Shown in pieces: positions 11,701 through 26,361 of a stretch of DNA of 64,000 bases. How positions within the stretch are numbered: position 1 is the first letter of the stretch; each line of letters begins with the position of its first letter. The position numbers and the translations under genes are program-made. Under the pieces are notes generated by a model. The model searched no databases. It was given only the letters and a program-made list of their open reading frames with translations, and was not told the origin of the DNA. Where the stretch lies: positions 20,832,001 to 20,896,000 of the forward strand of contig NC_043017.1 of NCBI RefSeq assembly GCF_006345805.1. Reading direction: 5' to 3'. The stretch comes from Octopus sinensis. Its lineage: Eukaryota.

Positions 11701-14009
11701 CTATTGATCTCTGTCAACCTACTTACCTATCCACCGACCTACCGACTTCGGTACTTCTGTATCTATTCTACACTGACCCAGCCATCAAATCAAAACAAAC
11801 ACACATGCAGGGTCTGTAACGTTATTTAGCATGCATGAGATTCAACAGAAGCATAAAGATTTTTTTGTCAGATAAATGTTCTGTTGGTAACGTTGTAATG
11901 AAAACTGCAAAAACCCCCCCAAAAAAAAAAAAAAAAAATCAAATTTCTATAGAATTCCGTGTGGTGGGGGAAGATACCAAATGTACGAATCACAAGACAA
12001 TGTGAGACATGTTGTTGCGAAGAAAGAACAAAAAAAAAAAAAATAATAATAATAAATAAAAAATTAAAAAGTACAACAAAACCAATTAAAGATATATAAA
12101 AAAAACAAAAATCATTAAGTTCAGACTAAATATTATGAAATAAAAAAACAAAAATGAACAAATTATGGTTGGAGGAAAAAAATTTGAGAAAGAATAATTT
12201 TAAAGAATATTCTAAAATTAATGTTGAAATCAAGAGACTAATCAAAAGCTATATATTTCCTTTGCTACTCTTTTCTCCATATTGGAAATTGTTATTTGTT
12301 AATGTTTTTTCCTTCTTTTAATTCTGGAATTTTAAAATTTGAATTTGAAATAAAACAATTCCTATGTTGTTGGGTCAAGACAGCAGACATGCTGGTCGAC
12401 ATGTTGGCAACAACATTTTTTTTTTCTAAATTTATTTATTTATATTTCCTTATTCAATTTTTTTATTATTCATGTGACATCAAACTCTGACCCATGATGG
12501 CATCAACCTTGCTAGATGACCCAGTAAGAAAATATCATGTGAGAATTAAAAGACCTTATGACTTCCTCGTCTAGAAATTGCAATCAAGAAGAGAGGGTCA
12601 CCTTAACAGTATTATAAACGCCCCCGAATAAAACAATGCACTGGAGGCCCTATCTTGTAAATTATTTGGTAACCTTTCTGTGACTGATGCTATATTAAAA
12701 GCACCCAGTGCACTCTGTATAGTGGTTGGCATTAGGGAGGATAGCAAGCTGTAGAAACCATAGCAAAGTAGACAGCAGGGATTGGCACAGCCTTCTGACT
12801 TGCCAGTACCTGTGAGACCATCCAACCAAGTTCAATTTTCAGACCAAGTTGTGTGTTGTGTTCTTGAGCAAGACACTTTATTTCACATTGCTCCAGATCA
12901 CTCAGCTGTAGAAATGAATTGTGACGTCACTGGTGCCAAGCTGTATCAGCCTTTTCCTTTCCCCTGGATAATATCAGTGGCATGGAGAAGGAAGGCTGGT
13001 ATGCATGGGTCTAAACAACATTGCCCGGACTTATGCCTCAGAGGGCAACTGTCTAGGTTCAATTGCAAGATCATTCATGACTGAAGGGGGTCTTTGCTCT
13101 TACAAAATAAGCTCCTATGTCCCATGGGCAAGCTCAAGTCATCATGAGACTAGCAGAGTCAATTATAAATAAACCAGCAGAAAGAATCATGAAAGTTACA
13201 GCAGAGTCATTTTCAAGAAAATTCCCCAAATCTTTAGATTTTGGCAGGGAAATTCACCATGACTGATGCCTGTATATATTGCAAATGAAGAGAGATGGTC
13301 CTATGGATATCATCATCAACATTTAATGTCCACTTTCCATGCTAGCATGGGTTGGACGAATTGATGGAGGTCTGGCGAACCAGACTCCAATCTGATCTGG
13401 CAGAGTTTCTACAGATGGATGCCCTTCCTAACGCCAACCACTCTGAGAGTGTAGTGGGTGCTTTTATGTGCCACCGGCATGAGGGCCAGTTTGGCGGTAC
13501 TGGCAACGGCCATGGCCAAATGGTGCTTTTTACGTGCCACCTGCACAGGAGCCAGTCGCTCGAATATTTCACATCCCGCCAGCACAAGTGCTGGTAAGGC
13601 GACGCGATATATATATATATATATATATATATTACAATGATATTGTAGGGTAGGTGTGAGAAGCAGGACCTGCTCTGTGTTTAACATAAAACAAACAGAA
13701 TAGTTGAGCCAGGTATGACCCGCTTAAATGCTAAATGGTTAAACAATAGCAACAACAACTTGTCATACACATAGAAAGCGCCATGGCTTTGGTTCCTGTT
13801 AATGACTTGGCAACAATGGACTTCTACCCGCAAGCACACAAGCACAGATGTACATGGATATATGTACACGTAATACACATGTAATTACATTAAGTTGTAA
13901 TTCCTTTGTCCAAGACAGAGTCTCCTGTCTAGAATCAAACCATTTCTGACAGTGAAGAGCTGCTGTGCTCATTAAGACTGGAATGTCTCCATGCCATTCA
14001 TGGTGATGG

Positions 14010-14680
14010 TCACTGTGGATTATTATGAGGGTAATGAAATAATAAGCGGTGGTGGTGGTAGTGGTGGTGGTGGTGGTGACCCATGGTGATGATAATAACA
14101 GATGGGGATAACGATGTTGATGAAAATGACTGATAAAGATGATGATGACGATGATGGTGATAAGGATGGTGGTGATGATGAGGTTGGTGATGATGATGAA
14201 AATAAGTGATAAAGATGATAACGATGATGATGATGGTGGTGATAACGATCATGGTGGTGATCATGATTGGTATGATGATGATGATGATGATAATGGTTAT
14301 GACGATGATGGTTAAAATTATATGATGATAGTGATGATGATGGTGATGGGGATCACAATAATGATCATGATGATGACGGTGACAGTGATGCTGAGGATGA
14401 AGATGATGATGGTCATGATAATGGTGGTGATGGTGATGATGATGATGATTGATAGTGAGAACACACAATGGCGACTGATGATGAGAGGAATGACACTTGC
14501 TGACCATTGCTGATGACATGCAATAATGATGATGATGATGATGAAAAAGATAATGATGATGATGAAGATGATGATGATGATGACTAAGGATTACAATGAT
14601 GATTATCATTAAGGATTAGAATGACGATGACAATCAAATGATGACAATGAGGATGATGATGCTAACAATGACCAACAAGA
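14010..14680. repeat. (GAT)n/(GGT)n compound repeat
   Basis: Direct inspection. Confidence 0.9.
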
Positions 14681-15319
14681 GATAGAGAAAAGGAAGATGA
14701 AATGAAGAAGACCCCCACCCCACTCCACCTCACCCCCACATTCTTAAATATTAACCAGAAACGCAGAAAATTATTTGAGCAAGCCCTTAATTACAACTTG
14801 CTAATTAACCAAGAATAAGACATCATAACGATGTCACAATCACCATGACATTTGCATACATCATACAATCATATTTCGATGCTGAGCGACATCAAATTAA
14901 AGAAACGAACTTAGATTAACGAACGAGTGAACCACATGGCTGGCTTTATGTTGTGCAACATGCTATTGCTGTTCAACCCTAGGTCACAGACCTTTGGTGA
15001 AATAACATTCCAGCTGTGGCCATTCCATTTGTTTGTGTTTTCTTTCATGCAAGCACTGGCTACTCAGAAGCATGTTATGTGGTATGCTTTTGTTTTTTTT
15101 TGTTTTTTTTTACCAACAGGGTATGATTTGAAAAAGATTTGGCTGTTATTTCTAGCAAGGTGAATGATCACATAAAGACTTCCATGTTTGGTTTGCGTAC
15201 CATGATTAAGAGGGATGAAGGTATGTGCATGTGTGTGGATGGGTGGGGGATAACTAAGGGAGATTAATTTACCTGTCAAGTTTATAGGATCTTTGATAAA
15301 CATCAATTAATAATTCTTA

Positions 15320-15701
15320 TTAGCTCTCTTTCTCTCCCTCTCTCTCTCTCTCTCTCTCTTTCTCTGTCCTTTTTTCTCTCTTACTTTCTTTCTCATATCC
15401 TGTCTCTCTCTGTCTCTCTATCACTTCCTCTCTCTTTTTCTCTCTCTACCTCTCTTTCTTTCTTCCTCATCTCACCCCCTCTTTCTCCCTTACGCTCTCT
15501 CATTCTTTTCCCTTTCATCCTCTCTTTTCCTCCCATCCCTCACCCATTCCCCCTCTCTTCCTTCCTCCTCTTATCCCTTGTCTCTTTCTTGACATCTCAT
15601 GCCCCTCTTCCTATTTTACCCCCCCTCTCTCTGCGACAGGTCTGTTGTAACTAACTCTGTAACTGCTTAGATGTTAATCAGTTGCCATGCCTGAAGGAGA
15701 A

Positions 15702-15737
<36 letters not shown>

Positions 15738-16172
15738 AAGAAAGAGAGAAGAGAGGGAGAAAGAAGAGAGAAAAAGGAAAGAGAGGGAGAAAGAAAGAGA
15801 GAGAAAAAGGAAAGAGAGAAAGAGAGAAGAGAGGGAGAAAGAAAGAGAGAGAAAAAGGAAAGAGAGAGAGAGAGAAAGAGAGAAGAGAGGGAGAAAGAAA
15901 GAGAGAGAAAAAGGAAAGAGAGAGAGGGAGAAAGAAAGCGAGAGAAAAAGGAAAGAGAGAGAGAAAAAGAGAGAAGAGAGGGAGAAAGAAAGAGAGAGAA
16001 AAAGGAAAGAGAGAGAGACAGAGAAAAGGAAGGAGAGAGAGAGAGAGAAAAAAAGGAAGGAGAGAGAGAGAGAACAGAGGGAGAAAGAAAGAGAGAGAAA
16101 AAGGAAAGAGAGAGAGAGAGAAAGAGAGAAGAGAGGGAGAAAGAAAGAGAGAGAAAAAGGAAAGAGAGAGAG
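15320..16172. repeat. Pyrimidine tract (CT)n followed by a purine tract (AG)n with about 50-bp units
   Basis: The CT-rich tract at 15320-15630 and the AG-rich tract at 15688-16172 are separated by about 55 nt of unique sequence. Confidence 0.85.
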
Positions 16173-16559
16173 AATAGGCTAGGTGTTTCTGGGTGAAATA
16201 AGGGTGGAGAAAGGGTACAAGTGGTAGGTGTTGGTCATAGCAGTACTGTGTGCATGCGTGCAATGCATGTGCTGTGCACATGCATGTCGGGAGATGGACT
16301 GCATTGCATGGGTGGATGCAGGGTTGGTCATTGAATTTAGCACCTGACTTTGACCACCCAGCTTGTTCCCGACGCACCTCTGCCCACCCTGGCCTGGTTG
16401 GTTGGACAAACGGATATCTGGGTGTTTGGGGTAAGGTGTCAGGGTCAGTGGCATCGTTAGCCAATCGTGGCAGGATTGCTAAGAAGAGTCAAGGAGTGGT
16501 CCTGATGACCCTTGTCAATTAGAAGTGAGATTTCAGAAAGGGGTCTGATGTAATTACGA

Positions 16560-16577
16560 CTCAGTGTGTGTGTGTAT

Positions 16578-16614
<37 letters not shown>

Positions 16615-17155
16615 AGTGTGTGTGTGTGAGTGTGTGTTTGAGTGTGTGTGTGTGTGTGCGTGTGTGTGTGTGAGTGTGTGTGTGAGTGTGTGAGAGTGTG
16701 TGTGTGTGTGAGTGTGTGAGAGAGTGTGTGTGTGTGAGTGTATGTGTGTGTGTGTGTATGTACAGGCCTCTGTGAATGTGTGGATGCTTGTGTGCACGTG
16801 AGTGTGTGTGTGTGCGAGTGTGTATTTGTAGTCCATTGTATGTATGAGTGTGTATGTCAATAGGCCTCTACGAGTGTGTGTGACCCCTTGTATGCACGTG
16901 TGTGTGTGTGCATGTGTGAGTGTATGTACAGGCCTCTGTGAATGTGTAGATGTTTGTGTGCCCATGAGTGTGTGTGTGTGTGTGAGTGTGCATGTGTTTG
17001 TAGTCCATTGTAAGGTATGAGTGTGTATGTCCATAGGCCTCTACGCGTGTGTGTGAGTCCTTGTATGCACATGTGTGTGTGTTTGTACAGGCCTCTGTGA
17101 ATGTGTAGATGCTTGTGTGCACATGAGTGTGTATGTGTGAGTGTATGTGTATGTG

Positions 17156-17230
<75 letters not shown>
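16560..17230. repeat. (TG)n tract with about 160-bp higher-order units
   Basis: tgtacaggcctctgtgaatgtgt at 16759, 16925 and 17084. Confidence 0.85.
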
Positions 17231-17233
<3 letters not shown>

Positions 17234-17934
17234 GATGAGGAGAAATACAAGCAAGAGAAATTTCTTGGGTCAGAAACAGGATGAATGAAGGTGGAAAACA
17301 GAGGGTGAGGCACAGACAGAGAAAGAAGAAGAGAAAGGGAAAGAGAGAAAGTGAGATAGACAGAAAGAGAGAGAGAGAGAGAGAGAAAGAAAAGGGGAGA
17401 GTGAGTGGTAAATAGAAAAGGGTGTAAGCAAGGAGTGGGATAAACAGAAGAGCATAAACTGAAGAAGGATTTCAAATGAAAAGGTACCGGGGTTACGGCT
17501 TTAAGTATTTTGAGTAACAAAAGGGGTCATTTTCAGAAAGTATTGTGGCAAAGCCTCAACCAATTTATTCATTTCTACTCTAGGCACAAGGCTCGAAATT
17601 TTGGGGGAGGAGGCCAGTCAATTTATTGACCCCGAAAGGATGAAAGGCAAAGCCGACTTTGGCGGAATTTGAACTCAGAACGTAAAAATAGGATTAGCTA
17701 AATAGCGCAAACAGCAGTGACCTTAACTTTATAGAATTATCAGAAAATAAGAAAAAAAAAGAGAAACATATATATAAAAATATAAAATACTAATTACCTT
17801 TTGTTATTCTGTTTGTGTTTTGTTTGATTTTTTTTTATAACAAAAACAAAAAAAGTATTCCTTACCTGCAAAAAGAAAGAAAAACAATTTCATTAGAGAA
17901 AATATATAAATTTAAGAATGATTTTTATCAACAA

Positions 17935-18232
17935 CTAGCAGTATCGCCCGGCGTTCCTCGGGTTTGTAAGGGAAATAACTATATAAGCATTTTTAGAGAG
18001 TTACTTCCCTTATATGATATCAAAAAATGCATTAAAAATGAGAAAAAATTATGGTAAATTTTTTTTAAAATCGTAGACTCATCGTAGACGCGTGCTAATA
18101 CCCAGAAGGGCTCAATATGAATCACGACTATAAGATACCCGGTTTTGGTTAAACTGCACCGCAAAATATGGGAGTAGTTAGGAATCTAAATCGGAGTAGA
18201 CAGACACACAACCTTACTTTTATATATAAAGA
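17935..18232 (-). mobile_element. Non-autonomous Helitron
   Basis: On the minus strand it starts A|TC(tttatatataaaag) and ends in a GC-rich hairpin (cccg-aggaacgc-cggg) then CTAG|T. No TSD. Confidence 0.75.
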
Positions 18233-18504
18233 TTATTCTCTAGAAAAAATTACTAACAGACATTTCTACTTTCCAACAGCAACCAATTTTCATTCTTTTA
18301 TGCTTTCTTGGGGTTCACTTGTATCTCTCTTTTTCTGCGAGTCTGAAAAAAACCATTTCACTGATGAGGTAATGCCGCTCAGCATGCTAACGATTCTGCC
18401 AACTCACTGCCTTTATGATGATGATGATGATAATAATAATAGTAATAATAATAATAATGATAATAATAATAATAATAATGATGATGATGATGATGATGAT
18501 AAAT

Positions 18505-18660
18505 AATATTTATTTATTAATTTTTAAAAATACATATTTTACTTGAGAATTTCCGTGTGTAATCTGGGAATGCCTACAATGAGCTTCTCTGCCCTAGGTG
18601 TACGGAAAACACTCGGCGAGAAATGGAAGAAAATTTGAAGAAAGAAGGAAAAAGAATAAT
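18505..18660 (+). mobile_element. 3' UTR-only copy of the Dong-like element at 41151
   Basis: Closely matches 41470-41620 (gtgtgtaatctgggaatgc...aacactcggcgagaaa...gaagaaagaaggaaaaa). Lies in an (AAT)n/(GAT)n tract. Confidence 0.75.
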
Positions 18661-18679
18661 GATAATAATAATAATAATC

Positions 18680-19090
18680 CTTTCTATTATAGGCAAAAAG
18701 CCTGAAGTTTGGGGGGAGGGGACTAGTTGATTACATTGACCCCGATACTCAATTTATCGCCCCCAAAAGGATGAAAGTCAAAGTCAACCTTGGCAGAATT
18801 TGAACTCAGAACGTGAAAATCCGAATGAAATTCCACTCAGCATTCTGTCCGGTATACTAAAGATTCTGCCATGATAACAATGGTTTCAAATTTTGGCACA
18901 AGGCCAGCAGTTTTGGGGGAGGGGGCTAGTTGATTACATCAACCCCAGTACTCAAATGGTACTTATTTTATCGACCCCGGAAAGACAAAAGATAAAGTTG
19001 ACCTGAGTGGAATTTGAACTCAGAATGTAAACACAAATGAAATGTTGGTAAGGATTTTGCCTGGCAATGCTAGCTCTTCTGCCAGATTAA
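18680..19090 (-). mobile_element. Two SINE family B copies
   Basis: Family B body repeated twice. Confidence 0.7.
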
Positions 19091-19289
19091 TAATAATGAG
19101 GAAAATAATGATAATAAGGGTTTCTAATGAAGGAATAAAGTCAGTGATATTGACGAGAGGAGCTCGTTGATACTATAGACTTCAGCATTTGACAGGTTTT
19201 GTTTGCATGAAACAGCAGTGATGTTTATATTGCCTGTGACCATTAATACAACTGGTCACTCAGCGATTTTGATGATGTTAATTAAGTTA

Positions 19290-19785
19290 ATTTTTTGGCT
19301 CAAAAAGCAAAAAGCAAGGCCATGTAGGGGGACATGGAGTTATGTACAGGGAGGATGTTCATGCAAAGAGTTCAGGCCATTTCTGGTCAAGAGAGACTTT
19401 GAACCGAGCGGTTGTCGGCATCTTCACTATCTCGTCCGGCAGCTTATTCCACGGATCTACAACCCGGACAGAGAAAGCCCCTCTCCTTCGATTGAGATGA
19501 AATCGTAGCAGATAGAGCTTTTTGGAGTGACCCCGCAGCCAACGCTCTGGAGCAGGAGTGAAGAACAGCTCTTTCGAGAGGTTACACTTTCCGCTTATGA
19601 TGTTGTGAGCGAGAATGAGATCAGCATGGTGTCGTCGTTTTTCTAGAGAATAAAGGTCGAGCGTCTTCAGCCTTTCTTCATAAGACAAATGCTTGAGACC
19701 AAGAACCATGCGGGTAGCCAGCTTCTGGACTGTTTCAAGATGATGTATGTCCTTGAGGAGATAAGGAGAAGAGGCCAGAAGAGCA
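19290..19785 (-). mobile_element. CR1/L2-group LINE, 3' fragment (C-terminal region of ORF2 plus 3' UTR)
   Basis: Translation SPYLLKDIHHLETVQKLATRMVLGLKHLSYEERLKTLDLYSLEKRR...RGHSKKL...FSVRVVDPWNKLP matches the conserved CR1-type ORF2 C-terminus. Confidence 0.88.
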
Positions 19786-20351
19786 GGAAGCTATAAAAGA
19801 TTCAGTATCAATTCCTGTCCAAGTCATACTAACATGGAAAAATGAATTCTAACTCATCCGACATTATATCATACACATTCACAGGTTCATACAGGCACAC
19901 ATCTATTGGGGGTTAATTCAATTAAATTGATCCCCACCTCTTTCTCTCTCTCTCTCTCTCTCTCTCCTCTCTCTCTAGACACACAATAATTCTCCCATCA
20001 AAAATTTGTTGTTTTGTGCCAACATCAGAAATCAATATTGCACTGAAGAGAGCTAGATATTAGGAAACACAGGTGTCTATGTATATACATATGTGTGTGG
20101 TTATCTGTATGAATGCATGCATGTGTACATATCTATCTATCTATCCATCCATTTATGTATCTGTATATATTTACATCTCTCTATCTCCTAATATGTGTGT
20201 GTGTGTGTAAAAGGCTTAGGTTCTTTAAATAAACTAAAATGTTGCTTTTATTCTTAATCTTATGTCATCTCAAACTTTATTTCACATCAAGTAGGTTTCT
20301 TTTTTACCTTTTTGCTAACTTATTTTCATTTTATTTTCATTATCATCATCA

Positions 20352-20392
<41 letters not shown>

Positions 20393-21098
20393 AAAGTTAA
20401 GACATTCATGTCTTTTCTCTTTAATTCCCCCACCCTACCCCCACATTCTCTACATCGTTCTGGAACAGAGTTCCAAAAATGTTGAGATGTTTGTTTTCCA
20501 GTTCAACCGCTACCATCGCCACAGCACCACCTGTCCCCTACCCTCCCCCAATCTGTCTTGCTTGGCAACGTCTTGCCAATTTTTCCGAATACACTACTTG
20601 TCAGACTTTAGGAACTTGCCAAATTCTTGTTGTTTTTACTTTTTTTTTATTTCTATCTTTTGCAAGTTTTTGTTATCTTAGGTTCGGAGAAGAAAATACA
20701 TACAAAAAAAAAAATAATAAATCTGAAAAAAAAAATAGTTACCTGCACACACAACGACACACACAGACACAAACACACACACAATGACACACAAACAACG
20801 ACACACACACACACAATGACACACACTCACACACACACACAGAGATAAATTTGCATATCTACATACATACACATATCTACATATACATATACACACATAG
20901 ATAAATGAACATTGATATACACGCACACGCTAAAAAAAAAATTACAAATACTATTTCAAAAAACATTATAGAAAACCAACGGCTAATCAAATATTGACAA
21001 AAATAAGTAAAAAAACCAGAACTTAAGTCAGCACAAAAATAATAATAATAATAATGATAATGATAATAATGATAATGATAATAATAATAATAATGATG

Positions 21099-21156
<58 letters not shown>

Positions 21157-21482
21157 TAATAATAATGATGATGATGATAATAATAATAAAGGAGAATGTT
21201 GGTTATTTTAAACAGAATTATGTTCCATAGCTTTTGCAATGATTACGAAATAAATTACTCTTTTCCAAGCAATTTAGAGGTTTGTTTTTTTGAATTTATT
21301 TAACTACTTTACATATAATAATATTTATTATTATGGGTTTGCATCTCCAGCCAACCCAGTTGCCATGTTATTATCACTATCATAAAAAATTCTTCATGGG
21401 CTTGTTTATATATATGCATCTGTCACCCTGAGTATGCTCTTGGAGAATTCCATAGTACCATACACATTTCTGTCCCACAGAC

Positions 21483-21525
<43 letters not shown>

Positions 21526-21714
21526 GTTCAGTGTGAGTGTGTATTTATGTATGCTTGTGTGTATATGTCATCATATTCATATATATATATATTATATATA
21601 CACACACACATACACACTCATACATATACACATGTATGGGTGTGTATGTGTGTTTATATATATGTATGTCTGTCTATGTGCATATATGTATATATGAATG
21701 CATATGTGTGTATG

Positions 21715-21750
<36 letters not shown>

Positions 21751-22235
21751 ATGCAATTACATTTATATTGAAAGATATGCACATAGACACACACACACAT
21801 ATATACACATACATGCATATTTATATTATTATACACACATGCACACACACCCACCCACATATATATATATATATATATACTTGTATGTATGCATGTATAC
21901 ACATATATAAATAGGCATTACATTTAATAACGAGCTCTAATTGTTCATTATTCCTGAAAGTGAAGCAATACCATTGAAATGCATTGAGACATTACCATCA
22001 AAATTATTTTATCTTTCCAACGAGAATGTCTACAACAGATATATTACACATCTATTGAGAAGAGGGGGGGTGGAGGTGGAGGTGGCGGCGGATGCGGAGA
22101 TGGGGAGAGAGAAGCAGGGGGGAAAAGACCCCAAAAGAGAATTGCTTTCCTTCTTTCCTTCCTCTCTTCCTTTGTCTGCTTATGCAGGGCAACGGGAGAC
22201 TGATTAGGCATGTGAAAGTGGTTGCTTCTTGTCTG

Positions 22236-22270
<35 letters not shown>

Positions 22271-22376
22271 CACATATATATATATACATATATATATATA
22301 TACATACATATATATATATATATATACATACATATATATATATACATACATGCATACATTACATACATACATATAT

Positions 22377-22409
<33 letters not shown>

Positions 22410-22449
22410 TACATACATACATACATACATTTACATACATACACACACA

Positions 22450-22494
<45 letters not shown>

Positions 22495-22501
<7 letters not shown>

Positions 22502-22930
22502 TGAAGCAGTGAGCTGGCAGAATCATTAGCATGCCAGGCAAAAGACTTAGGAGTATTTTGTCTGTCTTTATGCTCAGAGTTTCAATTCTGCCGAGGTGGA
22601 CCTTGCCTTTCATCATTTTGCAGTCTATAAAATACCAGTTGGACACTGGGGTCAGTCTAATCAACCTATCTACTACCCTGAAATTGATGGCCTTTTGTTA
22701 AAATCTGAAACCATTATCATTATCATTGTTATTATTATTATTATGATTATTAAGGTGGCAAGCTGGTAGAACTGTTATTACGCTGAGCAAAATGCTTAGC
22801 GGCTTAGTTCATCTGGACGTTTTGAGTTCAAATTCTGCCAAGGATGACTTTGCCTGTCATCCTTTCAGGGTCGATAAAATAAGTGCCATTTAAGTACTGG
22901 GATTGATGTAATCCACTTAATCCCCTCCAC
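22495..22930 (+). mobile_element. Two SINE family B copies
   Basis: Family B head and body repeated, separated by an (ATT)n tract. Confidence 0.7.
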
Positions 22931-22944
22931 CAAGCTACCCTTAC

Positions 22945-23300
22945 ACTTTTACTCTTTTACTTGTTTCCGTCATTTGGCTGCGGCCATGCTGGAGCACCAC
23001 CTTTAGTCGTGCAACTCAACCCCGGGACTTATTCTTTGTAAGTCCAGTACTTATTCTATCGGTCTCTTTTGCTGAACCGCTAAGTGACGGGGATGTAAAC
23101 ACACCAGCATCGGTTGTCAAGCAATGCTAGGGGGACAAACACACACACACATATATATATATATATACATATATACGACAAGCTTCTTTCAGTTTCCGTC
23201 TACCAAATCCACTCACAAGGCATTGGTCGGCCCGGGGCTATAGCAGAAGACACTTGCCCAAGATGCCACACTGTGGGACTGAACCCGGAACCATGTGGTT
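22945..23300 (-). mobile_element. SINE family A
   Basis: Reverse-complement match to family A. Confidence 0.8.
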
Positions 23301-23980
23301 GGTTGAAAAAATTTGAAATCAGGTAAAGTGGCCGAGTTCCTTTCTAGTGTTGGGCCTCACAGAGGCAATGAGCAAAACCTTTGGCATTTTGCCACGCTTG
23401 AGAAGAAGACCCATCAAGCCGATCAAAATTGCACTCGTGGCAGATACCGGTGTCACACAAATGGCACCTATGCTGGTGACACATGAAAGCATCCATTACA
23501 CTCTTGGAGAGGTTGGCGTTAGGAAGGGCATCCAGGAATAGAAAACGATGCCAAATCAGAGTGGAGTCTGGCACAGCCTTTAAGCATGCTGGCCTAGTCA
23601 AACAGTCCAACCCATGGCAGCATGAACAACAGACGTTAAATGATGATGATGATGATGATGACTATTATTATTGTTACGGTGAAAAGCTGGCAGTATCCTT
23701 AACATGCTGAATGAAATGCTTAGCCATATTTTACCTGTCGCTTAATCGACCTCAACCCTTCCCAACATTTCAGGCCTCGCGCCTTTAGTAGAAAGGATTA
23801 TCATCATCATTATTATTGATTCAGATTCTGCCAAGGTTGACTTTGCCTTTCATCCCTTCAGGGTCGATGAATTAATTACCAGTGAAACACTAGGGGTCGA
23901 TGTAATCGACAGGTCTCCTCCCACCAAATTTCAGGCCTTGTGCCTTTAGAAGAAAGGATTATTATTATTATTATTATTAT

Positions 23981-24219
23981 TCAGTAGTTTTATTTTTATA
24001 GCATGCTTTCACTTCACTACCGAGCGCAGCTCTGTGTGCCTTGGGTATGTGCTGTGATTTGTTGTGATGCTCTGATCGTTATTGTATGGAAAGTGTTCTG
24101 CGTAGGATGTGTGCAGTGCCTAGTAGTGCAATTTTCTGTATGTTATATGTGTTTGTAAGTCCTGGTGTTTTTGTTATGTATTTGTCTGAATAATTTTTAT
24201 CATGCCTAATGCACCTACT
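23981..24219 (-). mobile_element. R4/Dong-like LINE, 3' end of a second subfamily
   Basis: VGALGMIK[frameshift]YSDKYITKTPGLTNTYNIQKIALLGTAHILRRTLSIQ*, followed by a different 3' UTR. Embedded in (ATT)n on both sides. Confidence 0.8.
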
Positions 24220-24538
24220 ATTTATTATTATTATTATTATCATATTATATTATTATTATTCATTATTATTATCATTATTATTATCATTATTATATTATTA
24301 TTATTATCATATTATTATCATTATATTATCATTATTTTATTATCATTATTATTATCATTATTATTATCATTATTATTATTATCATTATTACATCATTATT
24401 ATTATTATTATTATTATTATATCATTATTATTCATTATTATTATTATCATTATTACTATCATTATTATTATTATCATCATTATTATTATTATTATTATCA
24501 TCATTATTATTATTATCATCATTATATTATTATTATTA

Positions 24539-24574
<36 letters not shown>

Positions 24575-24750
24575 CATCATTATTATTATTATTTATTATT
24601 ATTATTATTATTATCATCATTATTATTATTATTATCATCATCATTATATTATTATTATCATTATCATTATATCATCATTATTATTTATTATTATTATCAT
24701 TATCATTATTATTATCATTATCATTATTATTATCATTATTATCATCATTA

Positions 24751-24781
<31 letters not shown>

Positions 24782-24785
24782 TTAC
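24220..24785. repeat. (ATT)n/(ATC)n microsatellite
   Basis: Direct inspection. Confidence 0.9.
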
Positions 24786-25402
24786 ATTCACTCTGCATGT
24801 TTGTTGCAATCAGTTTCTGAGACACATCCAGCACCCTTGGGCAAGAGTATTAGCATCACTGTTATTATTATTTGAGATGTCTATTATCATTGCATGCTTT
24901 TTGCTATTATTATTAATTACTATATTGGGCCCTTGCGACAAATGGGGGAAAGAAAAATAAAACCCCTTATTACAATTCATATATTTATTTATCTTTCTAC
25001 AATGTGCTTCTGAATGCTTCGACGACTCCAATGAATAAATTAATGATACACATAGAAAGACTAGACATTAAGTCAGACAAGGAGAAAGAGGAAGGGGTTC
25101 AAGATTGATGGAGGTGGTGGTGGTGGATGTTGTGACTCAACCATCTTTCTACTTATGTAACCAGTGGTTACATAAGAGATGCAGTGGAATGTGAAGTGGT
25201 TAAGGGGAGTATGTGTGGGGTCAAACCAATATGTCAATGTAACTTTCTTGCAAGAATTGTAGATGAGTATATATATATATGTGTGTGTGTGTGTGGAGGC
25301 GCAATGGCCCAGTAGTTAGGGCCACGGACTCGCAGTCGTAGGATCGCGGTTTCAATTCCCAGTGTAACAACATCTGATGGTGTGGTCGGTCACGTGATAT
25401 AT

Positions 25403-25434
<32 letters not shown>

Positions 25435-26299
25435 ATATATATATATTCTTTCATTCTTTATTTGTTTCAGTCATTTGACTATGGCCATGCTGGAGCACCA
25501 CCTTTGGTCAAATAAATCAATGCCAGGACATATTCTTTGTAACCCTAGTACTTGTTCTATCAATTTTTTTTTTTTGCCGAACCGCTAAGTTACGGGGACG
25601 TAAACACACCAACATCGGTTGTCAAGCAATGGTAGAGGCACAAACCCAGGCACACAAACTTATACACACAAGGGCTTGTGTTCAATCCCACATGGCATCA
25701 TTGGGCAAGTGTCATTTTCTATAACCCCAGAGTGACTCCTACATGGGGAGTGAAGTTGGGGTCAGCGAAAACTTTGGAGAAACCCATCTGGTGGATTGTA
25801 CCTTGTCACACATTGTACCATGCTGATTATACTGGAGAATTTCACTAAGGCCACACATGTGACTGTGGAGTACACAGCCACTTGCATATGAATTGAGGAG
25901 CAGGGCAATTCGGTCATTGCATCAAGTGAATTTTCATGTGTGTGTGTGTGTGTGTGTGCACATTGTTTTTTTTTTTTATCTCAAAGCTTTTTCTCTTAGA
26001 AAACATTTGAGATAAATTCTTTAGTTGACAAATATGTTCAGGAATTTATTTTCAGTTTATAATTGTAACAACAACAACAATAATGATAATTATTATCTCT
26101 GTCGTATTATTTTTTTCCTCTTATTATATTCATCAGTGTGTAAGCAATTTTCAAAAAGAAAGAAAAAATCATAGACACACAAAATAGTTATGTGAAATAT
26201 ATATATATACACACACACATATATATAGATAGATATACATATATATATATATAGATATATATATATATATATATATATAGATATACATATATATATATA

Positions 26300-26361
<62 letters not shown>

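Noticed and set aside
11202-11829. MYVC/HTYI/IYIY-type ORFs throughout, and the ER-rich ORFs at 15682-16196
   Set aside because: Translations of di- and tetranucleotide microsatellites.
16495-16550. CTGATGA followed by a ccct...aggg stem
   Set aside because: No GAAA after the stem and no NUH or helix I partner.
17455-17500. CTGAAGA...GAAA
   Set aside because: No credible helix II or helix I.
20040-20080. CTGAAGA...GAAAC-acag-GTG
   Set aside because: The triplet is GUG (not NUH), helix I does not pair and helix II is poor.
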